64,000 nucleotides of DNA. Source: Vicugna vicugna (lineage: Eukaryota). The translations under genes and the position numbers were made by a program. Under the pieces are notes generated by a model. It saw only the letters and a program-made list of their open reading frames with translations, did not search any database and had not been told where the DNA came from. The stretch lies in NCBI GenBank assembly GCA_013265495.1, contig MU057651.1:186001-250000 (forward strand). Reading direction: 5' to 3'. Position 1 is the first letter of the stretch, and the number at the start of each line of letters is the position of its first letter. Shown here in pieces: positions 1 to 12,338 of the stretch.

Positions 1-856
1 TTTCTCTTCCTTTAGAAACACTTTTGGTACCAAAACCTGCTGATTGTATCCTTATTGTGTTGTTAATGTTCTTCTGTTCCCCCTCTCCCCATTTCTATTA
101 CACTGATGATTAGATTTAGATCCAATTCAGATTTTTGGCAAGAGTACCTCAGATGTGATGTTGTTTACTCTTTAAAGCCTTACACCAGGAGGCTCATTAT
201 ATTCGATTGTCTCTCCTCTTGTGACAGTAAGATTGATCACTGGGTTTGTCAACCAAAAAAAAATGCAGAAGTCTGCAAATAAGAAAATAATTTATTTGGG
301 ATCTTAAGAATTGTAATTTGGGATATAAAGACTGGGGTAAAACTGAAATAGTCTTCCAGGGAAGAGAAAAAGTCAGGGACTTATAAAGGCAAAAGCCGTG
401 AGGCTGTACTCTGACACAAGAAAGGAAATATTTGTCCTCAAGGGATGGCCGTCACAAGTTGTTTTAGGGTACAGGTCTGATAAGTATCTTTAGTTTCTGG
501 CAGATATTCTGGATGCCTTCCCTAGGACAATAATTGGTACATAATCAGACCACCCAAGAAAGCTGTTGTCTTGCTCTCTGTACATCGCCTGCTCCCCCTC
601 ACCCCACTCACAAGACTGACCTTCCCTGTTAATCGTAGAGCCTAATCAGTAAATGCCTACTACTTGCCCCTGGCCCCAGCTAGTGATTGTTCTAATCTTT
701 AGATCAGAACTACTCCACTAAGATAGTTTATCAAAGGGAATATATCTACCCTATGAAGGTTGTTAGCCCAAGGGGCTATGATGAACTTGCCTCTCTGCTG
801 GTTTCCCTGGTAAGCAATGAGACAACCTGATGTCAGTTACCTCTAAAACTGGTAAC

Positions 857-2028
857 TGTCATGGGACAAGGCAGGCTGGTACTGCGGGCAGTAAAAGAAT
901 TTAACAGAAACAAGGAAAACTGAAAGAAAAGTTTAAAAGAAAAGAAAAGGTTAGATATGCTGCTACAGGCAACAGCGGGCAGACAGACGAGAGGTGTCTG
1001 TGCATCGAGGGTTGATTGCTGAAGTCTTTTGTAAGGGAGGGTAAACTTTTGTTACCAAGTCCAAACTTGTTCTGCTCACCACACAACAGGCCAATAAACC
1101 GGGAGACAAGGTGTTGGGGCAAGGAATAATGACTTTATTCGGAAAGCTGGCAGACCAAGAAGATGGCAGACTAATATCCTGGAATTCAGGCTCCTTTTAT
1201 ACTAAAAAGGGGAGGAGGGGGTATGCTTGGTTGCTGCAAACTTCTTGGTATAGAAATTCTTTGTTCTTGGAATCCTTTGTTCTTGCAGCTGTCCATGTGC
1301 GTCAGATCATGGTGTCCCTGTAAACCAACAGAACAAGCATTATTTTCTATTCTGCATCTTGCTATCTTTATATGAATGGAAAAGTGTTAATATCCTTAAA
1401 GGTTAGGGCCTTAAGAATAGACTATCTTGTATATTTCCGGCTATAGGCAACATTCTTTTACAAAAGATGCAGAACCAGCAAGACTAAGCCTAGGAAACAG
1501 AGCACAGGGTTAAAGCCAAAGAAACAGATCTAATATGGAGTTAGATTTGGTCTTTTCTATTACACTTTAACTCCTTGTGCTTATGTGACATCAGGCTCAA
1601 AGGGAGTCGCAGGGTATGTGATCAGTTGTGCACAATTCTCTGATTGATTGATTTTGTGGTAACAGGCAAGGAGGATGTTGTGAAAGGGTAGGGCTAGGGA
1701 TTTTGGTAGAGCATTTAGACCAGTTCTGGAGGTCAGGCTTCCAGGCTTCCAGGCATTGTATAGATGATCATTCTCTCTGCTAAGTCTTTATTATCTTTAA
1801 AGGCCAGCAGCTGGGCACCTGAGGGGCCTTGGAGCAGGGATCTGACAGATGTCTATGGACCCCACAGAAGCTAGTTCCCAAGCTATTACTTTACATGTTG
1901 GGACAGGAATGTTCTTTGTGTTTTCTGGTTTATGTCTTCATGATGTGAGTGGGGTGCAGGCAGACGTCTTGTGACTGGCGCCCACTTTGGCTCCCTATGG
2001 GGCCTCTTTCTTGTCCTCAAACTCCACA
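857..2028. mobile_element. LTR-like element C nested in B
   Basis: tgtcatggg...ctccaca termini; flanking GTAAC (852-856) and GTAAT (2029-2033). Confidence 0.6.
1050..1564 (-). mobile_element. ERV1-type solo LTR D nested in C
   Basis: tgttacc...attaca termini; perfect 4-bp TSD CTTT at 1046-1049 and 1565-1568. Confidence 0.8.
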
Positions 2029-2481
2029 GTAATGTCCCCACCACTTCCCCGTAGTGAAGACTACTGCCATGTCCTGCCTGCCATCTGCCACCTGCAGTGG
2101 GGTGTTGCTCTAGGACCTTGCTTCAGACATGTAAGGTTCCGTATTCAAAAAAAACATTGCTGTCTCTGTCACTGACTCTGGGCTCTTTCTTGTCTTACAG
2201 CTGGGCAACTACAAGGTTTGTGGGGTGCAGCCCAACAAATGGTCAAAAGGTCAGATTCCATTCAGGCTGAGATGTGCATACATCACACTTCCTCAGTGTC
2301 CTCCCGGCTCCATTTTAGAGAGCTCTCTTGGCAATACTGATACCAATTTGTTTTTTTCTCTCACAGGTTCAGGTGTTGTCAGCCTGATCCATCCTTTATA
2401 AAATTTCACCTATGCTTTTCACCTCATGTTTTTTGCAGCCTCTGCAGATGATTGCCTAGATCTGCATTTCATTAGAGTTTG

Positions 2482-3441
2482 TGTAAATCAGGGAATGTTG
2501 CTCACCATCCAGTTCTACAAAAACTAAGTCATTAGCTACTACAGTTGCAGATCTACAGTATATCCCTGAAAGGAATTCAGGACTAAGAACAGGATGAGGC
2601 ACTCTGTGCTTTGGAAACAGGCCCTTTAGAAAGTTAGGTATATTTCAGGAAAAAACTTTTATGATCTTGGGATTCTTGCATATTCCCATACATGGTGTTG
2701 ACAAAAATTCAATTAACAATCAAGAAAAAAAAGAGAATTTTATTCATGCTAAACTGAGGATTATAACCCTGGTGACAGACTCTCAAGCTCTGAGAGCTGT
2801 TCTGCTTGCTCAAAGTCAAAGGCACAGTTAAACATTTTTGAGACAAAGGATTGTACATCAAAATGACATATTGACATTTTTATGTAGAGTTTACCAAAGG
2901 TACATAATCCAGATAAGCATGTACAAATAGAGCAGCAAGTCACCATGACCCCTTACAGAGTTGGGAAAGAAGGCTAATTTTTAAAGAAATTACACTGTTA
3001 ATGTCAGAAGAATCTTTACAGTCAAACAGGCATTTCCACATTTGAGGAGGCCTGGTTAATATGTAATGCACATGCACCTTGCACACTAAAGGGGGAGGCA
3101 GGAGGTCCAAACAGGCACACAAAGAGAATGTTATGCTTAAGTTTCCTTGCCCAGCCTTAAAATATAAATTTTACTTCATCAATAGAAAAGCACTGAAATC
3201 ATCAACTGAGATACCTGTTCCTTGTGACTAGCAGTGACCTTCTACCGAGATTTGTACAGGACTACATGTATTCCTTAGCCAAAATCATACATATACTGGC
3301 CTCTCTCCCTACCTCTTCAGAGCAGTTCCTCAGAGCTGAGGAGAGTCTATCTCCCAGGTTATCGTCCTCAGTAAGACTCTGAATAAACTGAATAAAATTC
3401 AACTCACAGCTCTTACATTGTACGTTTTTTTTCAGTTAAAA
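2482..3441 (+). mobile_element. ERV1-type solo LTR
   Basis: tgtaaatcaggg start; AATAAA near 3382 and 3391; GTTT on both flanks; similar to the LTR at 4163-4643. Confidence 0.7.
2696..3181 (-). mobile_element. ERV1-type solo LTR nested in 2482-3441
   Basis: TG...CA termini; ATGG/ATAG flanks; host rejoins as cccatacatag|aaaagcac. Confidence 0.7.
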
Positions 3442-3588
3442 GTTTCAAAGGGATGATGTTAAAACTGTACATTTTCTTCTGCATTTATTTCCTGGAATTC
3501 TTCTATTAAAGGAACTTCTCCATATCAGCTATTAAGTTCCACTGAGGTATGGTTTGCACAGGAAGGATAGGATGAATGTTTATTTCTT

Positions 3589-4657
3589 TAGGGGAGCAAA
3601 AGTTGCCCCCCCCAAAATGTGCCTCTTTGGCTTGAGGATTATTTGAGGCTGATTATTTTTAGGAAACAGAAGGCTTGGGAAGTCTTACTTTTTATGTCCC
3701 CCTTAGCTGCCAAAGAATTTAGATAAAGTGCCTGTTTCCAAAATAGAGCTATCACCCGAGATGTCTGGAAAGAGGATGGGCTAGATGTGGTGGGGGAAAG
3801 TCTAGGCAGGCCCTAGAGATCAGAGTCCTCTCTGTGTCTCATGGTCTCTGCATAGCCCAGAAAACATTTCTTTACCAAACATTCGCTTTTCCATCTCCAT
3901 GTGAATTGCCTTCTTTCTCTTTGAAATCCCAAACCACTACCCCCAAAATCCTCTTTAGTCTTTAGCTGAAGATGTGTTTAAGATGAGGCTTTCAGCCATT
4001 TCGGTGAGTTTACTCATTTACTCATTTACTCAGTTTTCCTGGGTTTCTTCCTTGTGTACATGTTATAAAATTTTGTTTGATTTTCTTCTGTTAATCTGTC
4101 TCATGTCAATTTAATTCTTAGACCAGTCAGAGGAACCTGGAAGGGTAAAGGAAATTTTTTTCTATGAATGAAAAGTATTGCCTGCTATCCACTACTGCAG
4201 CGCCTGATGGTGAACCCGAGGGAACTCAGTATGGAGACAAAGGGGCTGCCCACTGCCAGGCCCCAGCCACTGAAGCCACCCCTAATATGCACCCTGAGAG
4301 GACTCAGGATGGGAAAGAACAGGATACTGGCCCTAGATAGCTAAGTGCATATCAAAAGAAGGATTTAGGTAAGCCCAGACTCTTGCATCTTCCCCCACAC
4401 AGAAAAGTGTTAAATTTATTAACTTGAGATGTCTGGTTTTCTGTAATTAAGTCATCTTTTGATGTTCCAACTACCCATTTTTCCTTGCAAAACTCTGTAT
4501 ATCCTGGCTGCTCCCTTACCTCTTTGGAGCAGTCCCTCAGCACTATCTGAGAGGCTGCCTCCTGGGCTGGAAGTCCTCAGAAAGTCTGCCAAATTAAACA
4601 TAATTCTCAACTTTTAGGTTGTACATTTTTTTTTCAGCCAACACTTCTTCCCTGACA
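3589..4657 (+). mobile_element. MER34-like ERV1 LTR
   Basis: Start ccccaaaatgtgcctctttggc...gaggattatttgaggctg; 3' end ctgttaatctgtctcatgtcaatttaattcttagacc...ttccctgaca. Confidence 0.7.
4163..4643 (+). mobile_element. ERV1-type solo LTR nested near the 3' end of the MER34-like LTR
   Basis: Ends ttttcagccaaca; TTTC/CTTC flanks; related to 2482-3441. Confidence 0.7.
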
Positions 4658-4953
4658 AGTCTTTGGTAATATTTCCACATTTCAAAATAATTAATTGCTT
4701 CCTTCCAAAGGTGATTAAGAGTTGGATTTGTTGGGTTTTGTTTTTTCTTTTAGAATATCATCATGAACTCCAGCTTTTCCTACATTTGATGTTTTAATTC
4801 ATTGCACTCATTATTTTATTTGACACTCAAATTGTTCTATCTTTGGCCAGTGGAGCCTATTTTAGTTGGCTTATGAGTCTTTGACATGCTTTCTAGTGTG
4901 AGAGTTCAGTCCAGGCTTATCTAGTTAACTCCTTACATAGACCTGGAATCAAC

Positions 4954-5493
4954 TGTTAGTGGATAGAAAGACCTCCCCCTCTCCAGAATAGGGGAAGCCC
5001 ACAAAAGAGTGGATTCTTGCTGTGGACTTTGAAAGATTTCCCAGCAGAGCAGAAGGACAAAGTGAAAAGCTGCTTTATTGCTCAGAGGGAGAGAAGGCAC
5101 TTGAGTGAGGCAGCCATAAGCCAAGTAGCTTAACATAAGAAATCCCACTTTTGGGGTCTCAACTGGGTCCTTTTATTCATCTTCTTGTGGTTTCTTGTCT
5201 CCTTCTCATTGACTGCCCCTTTTTGTGCTTATTCCTCCAGTTAGTTCTGCTCTGTGAAACAAACAGTTTGAAAAAAGCAAGATTAAGCAACCTGGACCCT
5301 CAAACATTGTGGTCATACAGATTAGATCAGGTCAGGGCTTTCTGTTCCTTTAGGATAGCTTTTTCCATTACTTAAGCAAAAGTGTTTCCTGAGCCTGGTT
5401 GTTAATTTTGAACAGGTTAATTTTAAACCTTTAAAGAAGTCTCTAGACAATAGGTCTGGGTTTCAGTTCCCTTTCTCCCTGCCTCCCTCCTCA
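4954..5493 (-). mobile_element. ERV-type solo LTR
   Basis: Interrupts L1M at ggaatcaac|catttctccaagg; TG start; tttatt (minus-strand AATAAA) near 5075. Confidence 0.6.
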
Positions 5494-5819
5494 ACCATTT
5501 CTCCAAGGAAGTTGGTTTCCTTTAGTGGGAAATATGTTTAGGAGATTCAATCTGAGGACTAGAGTTGCTCATTGCTACTGTGTTGGTCATTGTTTCTTGC
5601 CCTTTTTGGTACACGGAACCTATAAGTATGTAATATATTTTTTAATGAGGTTATATATCATCTCTTTCCATCCAGACTGCTCCTCTATCACCTTAGAGGT
5701 AATCATTTTGGTCATTTTTTTGGTTTTAACTTTCCTACACTTTTCAAAAATACAAGCAACTATAACATGGATGTTAGTTTTCTCCCCCTTTCATAGGTAA
5801 AAGATGGCATATTTTACAC

Positions 5820-6029
5820 CAGTACTGGGCAACAGAAATTTCTACGGAGATGAAAATATTCCATGTCTTCATAATCCAACACAGTAGCCACTGACTACTT
5901 GTGGCTGTGGATCATCTGAAATGTAGTGAATTTGACCGAGGAACTAAAATTTTTATTTCATCTAAATTGAATTAACTTAAATTTAAATTGTCATGTGTGA
6001 CTGGTGTCTACCATATTGAATAACAGCTG
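5820..6029. mobile_element. MER3-like hAT-Charlie DNA transposon (MITE)
   Basis: Internal palindrome gtagccact...gtggct and gaggaactaaaatttttatttcat motif. Confidence 0.75.
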
Positions 6030-8469
6030 CTCTACACATTTTTCTGCACCCTTGCTTTTCACTTAACAATATATCCTGGCGATAACTCTACAGCAGTCTG
6101 GAGAGGGAGTCTTCACTGCTTTTATAGATGCATAGTTGTCTAGGATGTAGATGGACCTTAGGTTATTCAGCCAGTCCCTCATCAGTAGACATCCGTCTTA
6201 TTTTTGGCCTTCTGCTGTTACGATTTGTTCTGCGAGAAATGGCTTTGTACTTCTGCCTTTTGTCTTTATGGCATCTCTTGAATAGAGTCTTAGGAAAGAG
6301 ATTCCTGGTTCCAAGAAAAAATACCTATGTACCATAGAAGAAAAGATTTGAAAAAAGTGCACCTGGAAATGTAGCCACAAGAAGTGAATACTGGTTCTAT
6401 CTCATTATTCCTTTTATTCCATATGTTTTCTGGTCTCTTATTTTCTTTCTAGTTTGATATGGGTGAAGCAATTTCTTATTGAGCCCCAGGAAGAAGAAAT
6501 AGTACAGAAGAGAAAAGAATAGGAACGGGTCAGCTAGACAGAAGATGAGAGTCATGAAACTTGTGTCCCAGTTGCTGGATCCTTTGACCACAGGGCCTTA
6601 GGTGAGTCCCTTCCTATTGTTGGCCTCCAACCCAATGCAGAAGACACTCAATGTATAAACAGTGGTCTTAAGGGTCAGAAGGACAGGGATGTGATGCAGG
6701 GGAATATTATTTGCTGGTTGCATGATCAAAAGCAAGCAATTTATCTGCTTATATGCCCTTTAATTTTTGGTATCTTTTATTATTGTTCAATATTAATAAA
6801 AGTTATAATATTATTACTCCTATCACCATTGAAAGGGTGATTTATAGGAGTGAGGATTAAATTGCCAGGTGTTACAATGTTCCATGATTTTTATAATTTT
6901 ATAAAGTTCGGATAAAGTGGTTGAAATACAGATTAAAGGAACTGTATAGAAAACTAATGAGCAGACCCAGACATATTATTTATTATGGCTTTTCCAATCA
7001 GATGCATTGTTTAAGAATCAGGGTTGGGTCAGCTGCTAAAGGGTACATTAAGAAGCAAAATTAGGTCATATTTATCCTTGTCATTTAATCATAATAATTC
7101 ATCCACTTGTTAGTTTTTAAGATAAAAGTTAAGGTCAGAGAAAAACAAAAAAACAACCCCAAACCACATGATCCTAATCTGTACATATAGTATGATAATA
7201 GTTATATGAATTGTGTATGTAATGTATATATACTACATGTACATACATTCATGAACAAAAAAACAATGGAATGAAATAGCACAATGTGAATTTCAATCAT
7301 GATGAAATTGCTGGGTATTAATATTTTTAACCTTTGCACTTGGCTTGATATTAAGCATTTTCTAAAATGAGTATGAATTATATTTATGATAAAAACTATA
7401 TCCCCTAAAAGCTCTGCTACTTATGAAATATTTCAGTTAAAAACATATAGAGCTATCAAATTAATCTAGGTTAAAAAAACTTTACTCTTTTTCTTCCCTA
7501 GAGATAATCCTTATTCAGAAGGAGATGATTATCACTTCCATGCATTGCTGCATTCTTTTACACCATATGAGAATTTCTCTAAACAAAATATAATATTGTT
7601 TTGCATATTTTCACTGTACACACACAGACTTAGTCATAAACACAGTAGGTGTCATCCTTTATTTGCTAATTTAACATTGTGTGTATACATACATTCATAT
7701 ATATACTGTGTGTTTTATCTGTTCTCTTTTCATTTAGTATTTAGAATGGTTGTTTTTTGTTCTAGTGGTACTTTTATACTAAATCCCTAATTAGCCTACT
7801 TAATATCTTGGATATGGAATGAAGTCTTACTAATGAATAGAGAAATAGTCAAATGATATGAACAGATAATTCATATAATAATTAATATACATCCTGAGTT
7901 AACATTAAAAGATATATCAAATTACTATACAAATTAATATCCTAGGCTATCATGCTGAATTAAAAAGACAAGTTGCTTAAAAATAAGTATAATGTAATAA
8001 TTTGGGGAAAGAATATATGTAAAGGAACATATTTTCTCCACATGAAAGAAAACATCAGGAATGGAGGCTGAGAATTCCCCAGGAAAAACCAATTGACATA
8101 GGTCTCTGCCTACTAAATGATATTTTATGTCTGCCTCCCTGAAATAACTGAATTCTTAAATGACATTTTTGTATATGTATCTATAGATGATTCAGTCACA
8201 TGACTATAGACAGTCTTTTATTTCTCTACCACAGATGGCTAACTGCTTAACATGTCCTGTGATTTTACAAGTCCACCTTCAGGAGGGCTAGCTCATCGTC
8301 TAGAATCCTAGGATATTTCCCCATTCTCTGTACAGTGATAATACTCCCTGACTGTCTTTTTTCAAGTAACCAAAGCTTCTGAGGACTGGGACTTTCTTTG
8401 TTCCAGCAAATTAAGCACAGTTCCACCAATTGCCCAAGTCCCAGTCTCGTGTCTCTAATTAAAATGCTT

Positions 8470-8900
8470 TCTCACGTGGCAGCCTGAAGATGTAAGGCGT
8501 TTTGCTTTCAACTAAAGGTGTGGCGGTAGAGAAGTAGGAGGAGGTATTTCGCATCTGGAAGACTTGCTGGCGCCTGGCGGTTGCCGTAGAAACCTGACGT
8601 CAATACGGCGACCGTGACGACATTTTAAAGGAGACGGACGCTGCCTGGTGAGGAGCCAGGTCCCTCCATCAGGTGTTTGAGACTCAGCTGAGGGTGTAGG
8701 TCCCCGCGGTGGGGGCTGGGCCGTCCTGGGGTGTGGGGAGACAAAGGGTTCCATATCCAAGTCTCCCTTTCCTGCTTTGAGACTCGGTGCCCCGGCTGTC
8801 TTGTACGTAAAGACATTGGGGTCCTCACGCCCCCCCCACCTCCACCCCCACCCCGGGCACCAGTGAGTGCGGTGTCCTCCTCCAGGGGTGTCCTGGAGCC
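8470..8900 (+). promoter_or_regulatory. CpG-rich promoter region with E-box (8473-8478), RFX X-box (8580-8593) and CRE (8595-8602)
   Basis: Only clear CpG cluster in the window; CACGTG; GTTGCCGTAGAAAC; TGACGTCA. Confidence 0.75.
8560..8647 (+). other. Probable non-coding first exon of an unidentified gene (start approximate)
   Basis: Donor CTG|GTGAGG at 8647/8648 just after the promoter motifs; no ATG in the segment; alternative donors at 8862 and 8939. Confidence 0.5.
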
Positions 8901-8934
8901 ACTTTCCTTCTAAGGGCAGGGGCGCTGGAAGTGA

Positions 8935-9040
8935 GACAGGTAACGACTCTGAGCCTCAGTTTCCCCTTCTGTAAAATGGGGCTGAGAATGCTTTACCCAC
9001 AGGATCAGTGTAAACGTTTCAGTGATAACACAGGAGTAAG
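8935..9040 (+). mobile_element. MIR SINE core fragment
   Basis: ctctgagcctcagtttccccttctgtaaaatgggg. Confidence 0.75.
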
Positions 9041-9922
9041 TCGATGGCTCTGTGGTTATTGCGGGATCATGAATGTCTATATGAATTCAGGCCACTTACT
9101 CCTTTTCAACTTTGTTGTTAGGGGATAGACAAGGGAAAGAGAAGGAATGCTGATCCTCATGCCGGTGGCCCAGCTTATATCAGGTGTTTGAAGGAGGCAG
9201 GTTCTGAGGATCTGTGTCCTGATGGCTCCTGAAGCTCCTACTCCAGGTTCAAGGGCAGCGGCTTCCAGGAGACCCCCAACACTTCACATCTTTGGTGGAA
9301 TATGACACCTGACTCAAGTGAGTTCATAGATCTGAACAAAAACATGCTGTGGAATAGCTCCTGTGAGGCTCACAAACTAGCCTAGAAGTAGGGAAGCTAC
9401 CTTGATCTCATCATGGGAACGAGGTTTTTAGCAGGTGGAATTTCATTCTATCAGCAATTTTTTAGTAGCCCTTCAGGTCCATCTTAGAGATGCCTTTTTT
9501 TTTTTTTTGAAAATCAGTAAATGGTTCAGTTGGAGAAGGAATTTTGATTGAACATGGATTTTCAGTAAATATCCCTAAACTGTTTCACCATGTAAATAAT
9601 ATCAGGAATTCCATGTATCTCATAGGTGGATGTGGAAATATGCAACTGTTAGATCTACTTAGCTATTTGACATTGTAATGCACATTCTTCCCTTGTGCCT
9701 ATAGTGTTTTTCTGTTGTATAATGAGATTTTTAGAGTCAAACATTTTCCAGCTGTTAGTTTAAAATGTTAGTTACTAGAACTTAATATTAAAAAAAATAT
9801 CTTACTCTGGAGTTTGCCCAATTATAATAATACTCACCCTTATTCCCTAAAATATCTACTTGCTCTTAAATATCACTATGATTATTCTCCTAGGATTTAA
9901 TATTTTTATTTTTATACTTCAG

Positions 9923-9948
9923 AGGAAATGGACATCAACTTTCTATAG
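9923..9948 (+). other. Candidate 26-nt second exon (5'UTR, contains short ORF MDINFL*)
   Basis: T-rich acceptor tttttatttttatacttcAG; donor TAG|GTATTT; non-repeat context. Confidence 0.35.
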
Positions 9949-10116
9949 GTATTTGGATATATTACATTACAAATGATTATTTCTATTTTGGTTGGGGACC
10001 AATTTGATAAAACGTAGTGTGGACCTGTTAATACTACATGAGCATAATCCTGGGAATATTTCACCTGATTAATTTCATTACATCAGAATTATGGATATAT
10101 AAATATATTTCAAATA

Positions 10117-11778
10117 CTTTGTTGAGGTATAGTTGACATACAATACCCTGTGTGTAATTAAAGTATGTGCTCTAATGTTTTGATATATATATGCACCTAT
10201 AAATCTAATACTACAGTCAAGATAATGAACAAATCCGTCACCTCAAAATTTCTCTATGCTACTTTGTAATGCCCCCACCTACTATCTCCTGCCTCCCTCT
10301 CCAAGTCACCCTACCCCATTCCCAGGCAACCACTGGTCTTCTGTCACTGTAAATTAGTTTTCCTTTCCTATAATTTCATATGAAAGGAATCATACAGTGT
10401 GTACTCTTATTTTATCTGTCTTCTTTCTTTCAACTTAATTATTTCTGGATTTATCCATTTGTTGCACATACAAATAGTTGCTCTTTTTTGCTGTTGAGTA
10501 ATGTTGCATTATATGGATATACCATAGTTTGTTCTGTCCATTTACCTAGTATTGGATGTTTGGTTTATTTCCAATTTGGGCCACTTGTAAATAAAGCTGC
10601 TATGAATATTGGTGTATAAATCTTTGCTTGGGTATATGCTTCCTTCTTTACTGGTGAATACTTACGACTTTAATGGCTGGGTCATATGGCAGTTGTAAGA
10701 TTAACATTGTAAGAAACTGACAATCTGTTTTTCAAAGTGGCTGCAGCATTTTTCATTGCCACCAGCAATGTGTGAGACTTCCATCCTCCACAATCTTGCC
10801 AAGACTTGGTATGGTCAGCCTTTTAATTTTGGCCTTTCTTAGAGGGGTGTAGTGGGATTATGCTTCCCCAATGACTAATGATGTTAAGTATCTGTTTGTG
10901 ATTATCTGACGTTGTAGATCTTTGACCACTTATTTATTAGAGTGTCTTATTTTTTTCTTATTGACCTTCTGAGATTTTAAAATTCTGTATACAATTCTTC
11001 CGTCAGATCTATGATTTGTAAATATTTTCTCCTAGTCAGAGACTTGTCTTTTAATTCTCTCAACTGTGTTTGGAAGAACAGTTTTTTTCTTTAATTTTGA
11101 AGAAGTCTAGTTTATCAGTTTATTCATTTATGGATTTGATTCTGCTTTTCATGTTGTGTTTAAGAAGTGTTCACTTAAGCTGGGATCACAAGAATTTTCT
11201 CCTGTGTTTTCTTCTAGAATTTTTATAGTTTTAGCTTTTGTATTTAGGTCTGTGATTCATTTGAGTTGACTTTTGTGTATGATGCATTATATGGATTACA
11301 GTTTTTATTTGGGCATATGGATATGCACTTGTCCCAATACCATTTGTTGAAAGGACTGTCCTTTCTCCACTGAATTTTCTTTGTACCTTTGTCAAAAATT
11401 AGTTGTCCATATGTGTGTGGGTCTATTTCTGGACTCTTCATTTTTTCCTTTTATATACATTTCTACCTTTATTCCATACTCTCTTGGATACCGTAGACTT
11501 ATAATGAGTCTTGAAATAAGGTAATGCTAATTCTCCAAATTTGTTCTTCTTTTTCAAAGTTAGTTTTTCATAGTGAAAACCCTTTGTATTTCCACATGAT
11601 GTTTAGATGTTTGTCAGTTTCTTTTTGAAAGATGTATGCTGTGATTTTTACTGGAAATGTACTGAATCTGTAGATCAGTTTGAGGAGAATAGACATCTTA
11701 GCAATGCTAACACTTCTGACCCATGAAGATGGTATACCCTTTCATTTATTTATACCTTCTTTAATTTCTCTCAGCAAC
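10117..11778 (-). mobile_element. L1M (L1MB/MA-like) 3' portion
   Basis: ORF 11244-11441 ([17 protein letters not shown]) is L1 ORF2 C-terminal; 3' end ctttgttgaggtatagttgacatac. Confidence 0.9.
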
Positions 11779-11881
11779 AAAATGACAAGTAGTCTGTCAG
11801 TACACATCTGTTGCTAGGTAATCTTTTTGCTAGAAAGCACAGATTATTCTAGGATGGAAAAAATACTTGATGCTTCACTCT

Positions 11882-12338
11882 TGTATTAGAGTTCTCCAGA
11901 GAAACAAAGCCAATAGGATGTTTATATATAGATAGAGATTTATTTTGAGGAATTGACTCATGAGATTGTATAGGCTGGCAAGTACAAAACCTGATGGGGA
12001 GGCTGGCAAACTGGAGACTCAGAAAAGAGTTAGAGTTGGAGTCTGAAGGCAGTCTGCTGGTGAATGGAAAGCTGATATTGTAGATGAAGTCCAAAGGCAA
12101 TGTCCTGGCAGAATTCCCTCTTGCTCAGAGAAGGTCAGCCCTTTGTTCTATCCAGACCTTCAACTGACTGGATGAAGTCCACCCACATTATGGAGGGCTA
12201 AGTGCTTTTCCCAAATTTTACCTATTTAAATGTAATCCTCATTCAGAAGCACTTTCACAGAAACATGTAGAATAATGTTTGATCAAATATCTGGGCACTG
12301 TGGTCCTGCTAAGTTGACACATAAAACTTACCGTCACA
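11882..12338 (-). mobile_element. MLT2-like ERVL LTR
   Basis: tgtattagagttctccagagaaacaaagccaatagg...gttgacacataaaacttaccgtcaca. Confidence 0.85.

Larger units (their letters stand above)
535..2237 (+). mobile_element. ERV1-type LTR (element B, nested in A)
   Basis: TG start, 3' end ...ggggtgcagcccaaca; flanks rejoin as cctaggacaataat|ggtcaaaagg; imperfect AAT duplication. Confidence 0.65.
247..2365 (-). mobile_element. ERV1-type solo LTR (outer element A of nest)
   Basis: TG...CA termini; 4-bp TSD GGTT at 243-246 and 2366-2369; AATAAA on the minus strand near 290. Confidence 0.8.
1..6320 (-). mobile_element. Old L1M (L1MC/L1ME-like) 3' region broken into about 6 pieces (1-246, 2366-2481, 3442-3588, 4658-4953, 5494-5819, 6030-6320) by later insertions
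   Basis: Pieces resemble L1MC 3' sequence in antisense (tttttggcaagagtacctcagatgtgatg; gatcactgggtt|caggtgttgtcagcctgatcc) and rejoin across the insertion TSDs. Confidence 0.7.

Noticed and set aside
8512..8913. Overlapping Pro-rich ORFs at the CpG-rich region
   Set aside because: Non-ATG starts; typical artefact of GC-rich promoter DNA
8560..9948. Assigning a gene symbol to the promoter and first exons
   Set aside because: No coding sequence recognised, so any name would be a guess
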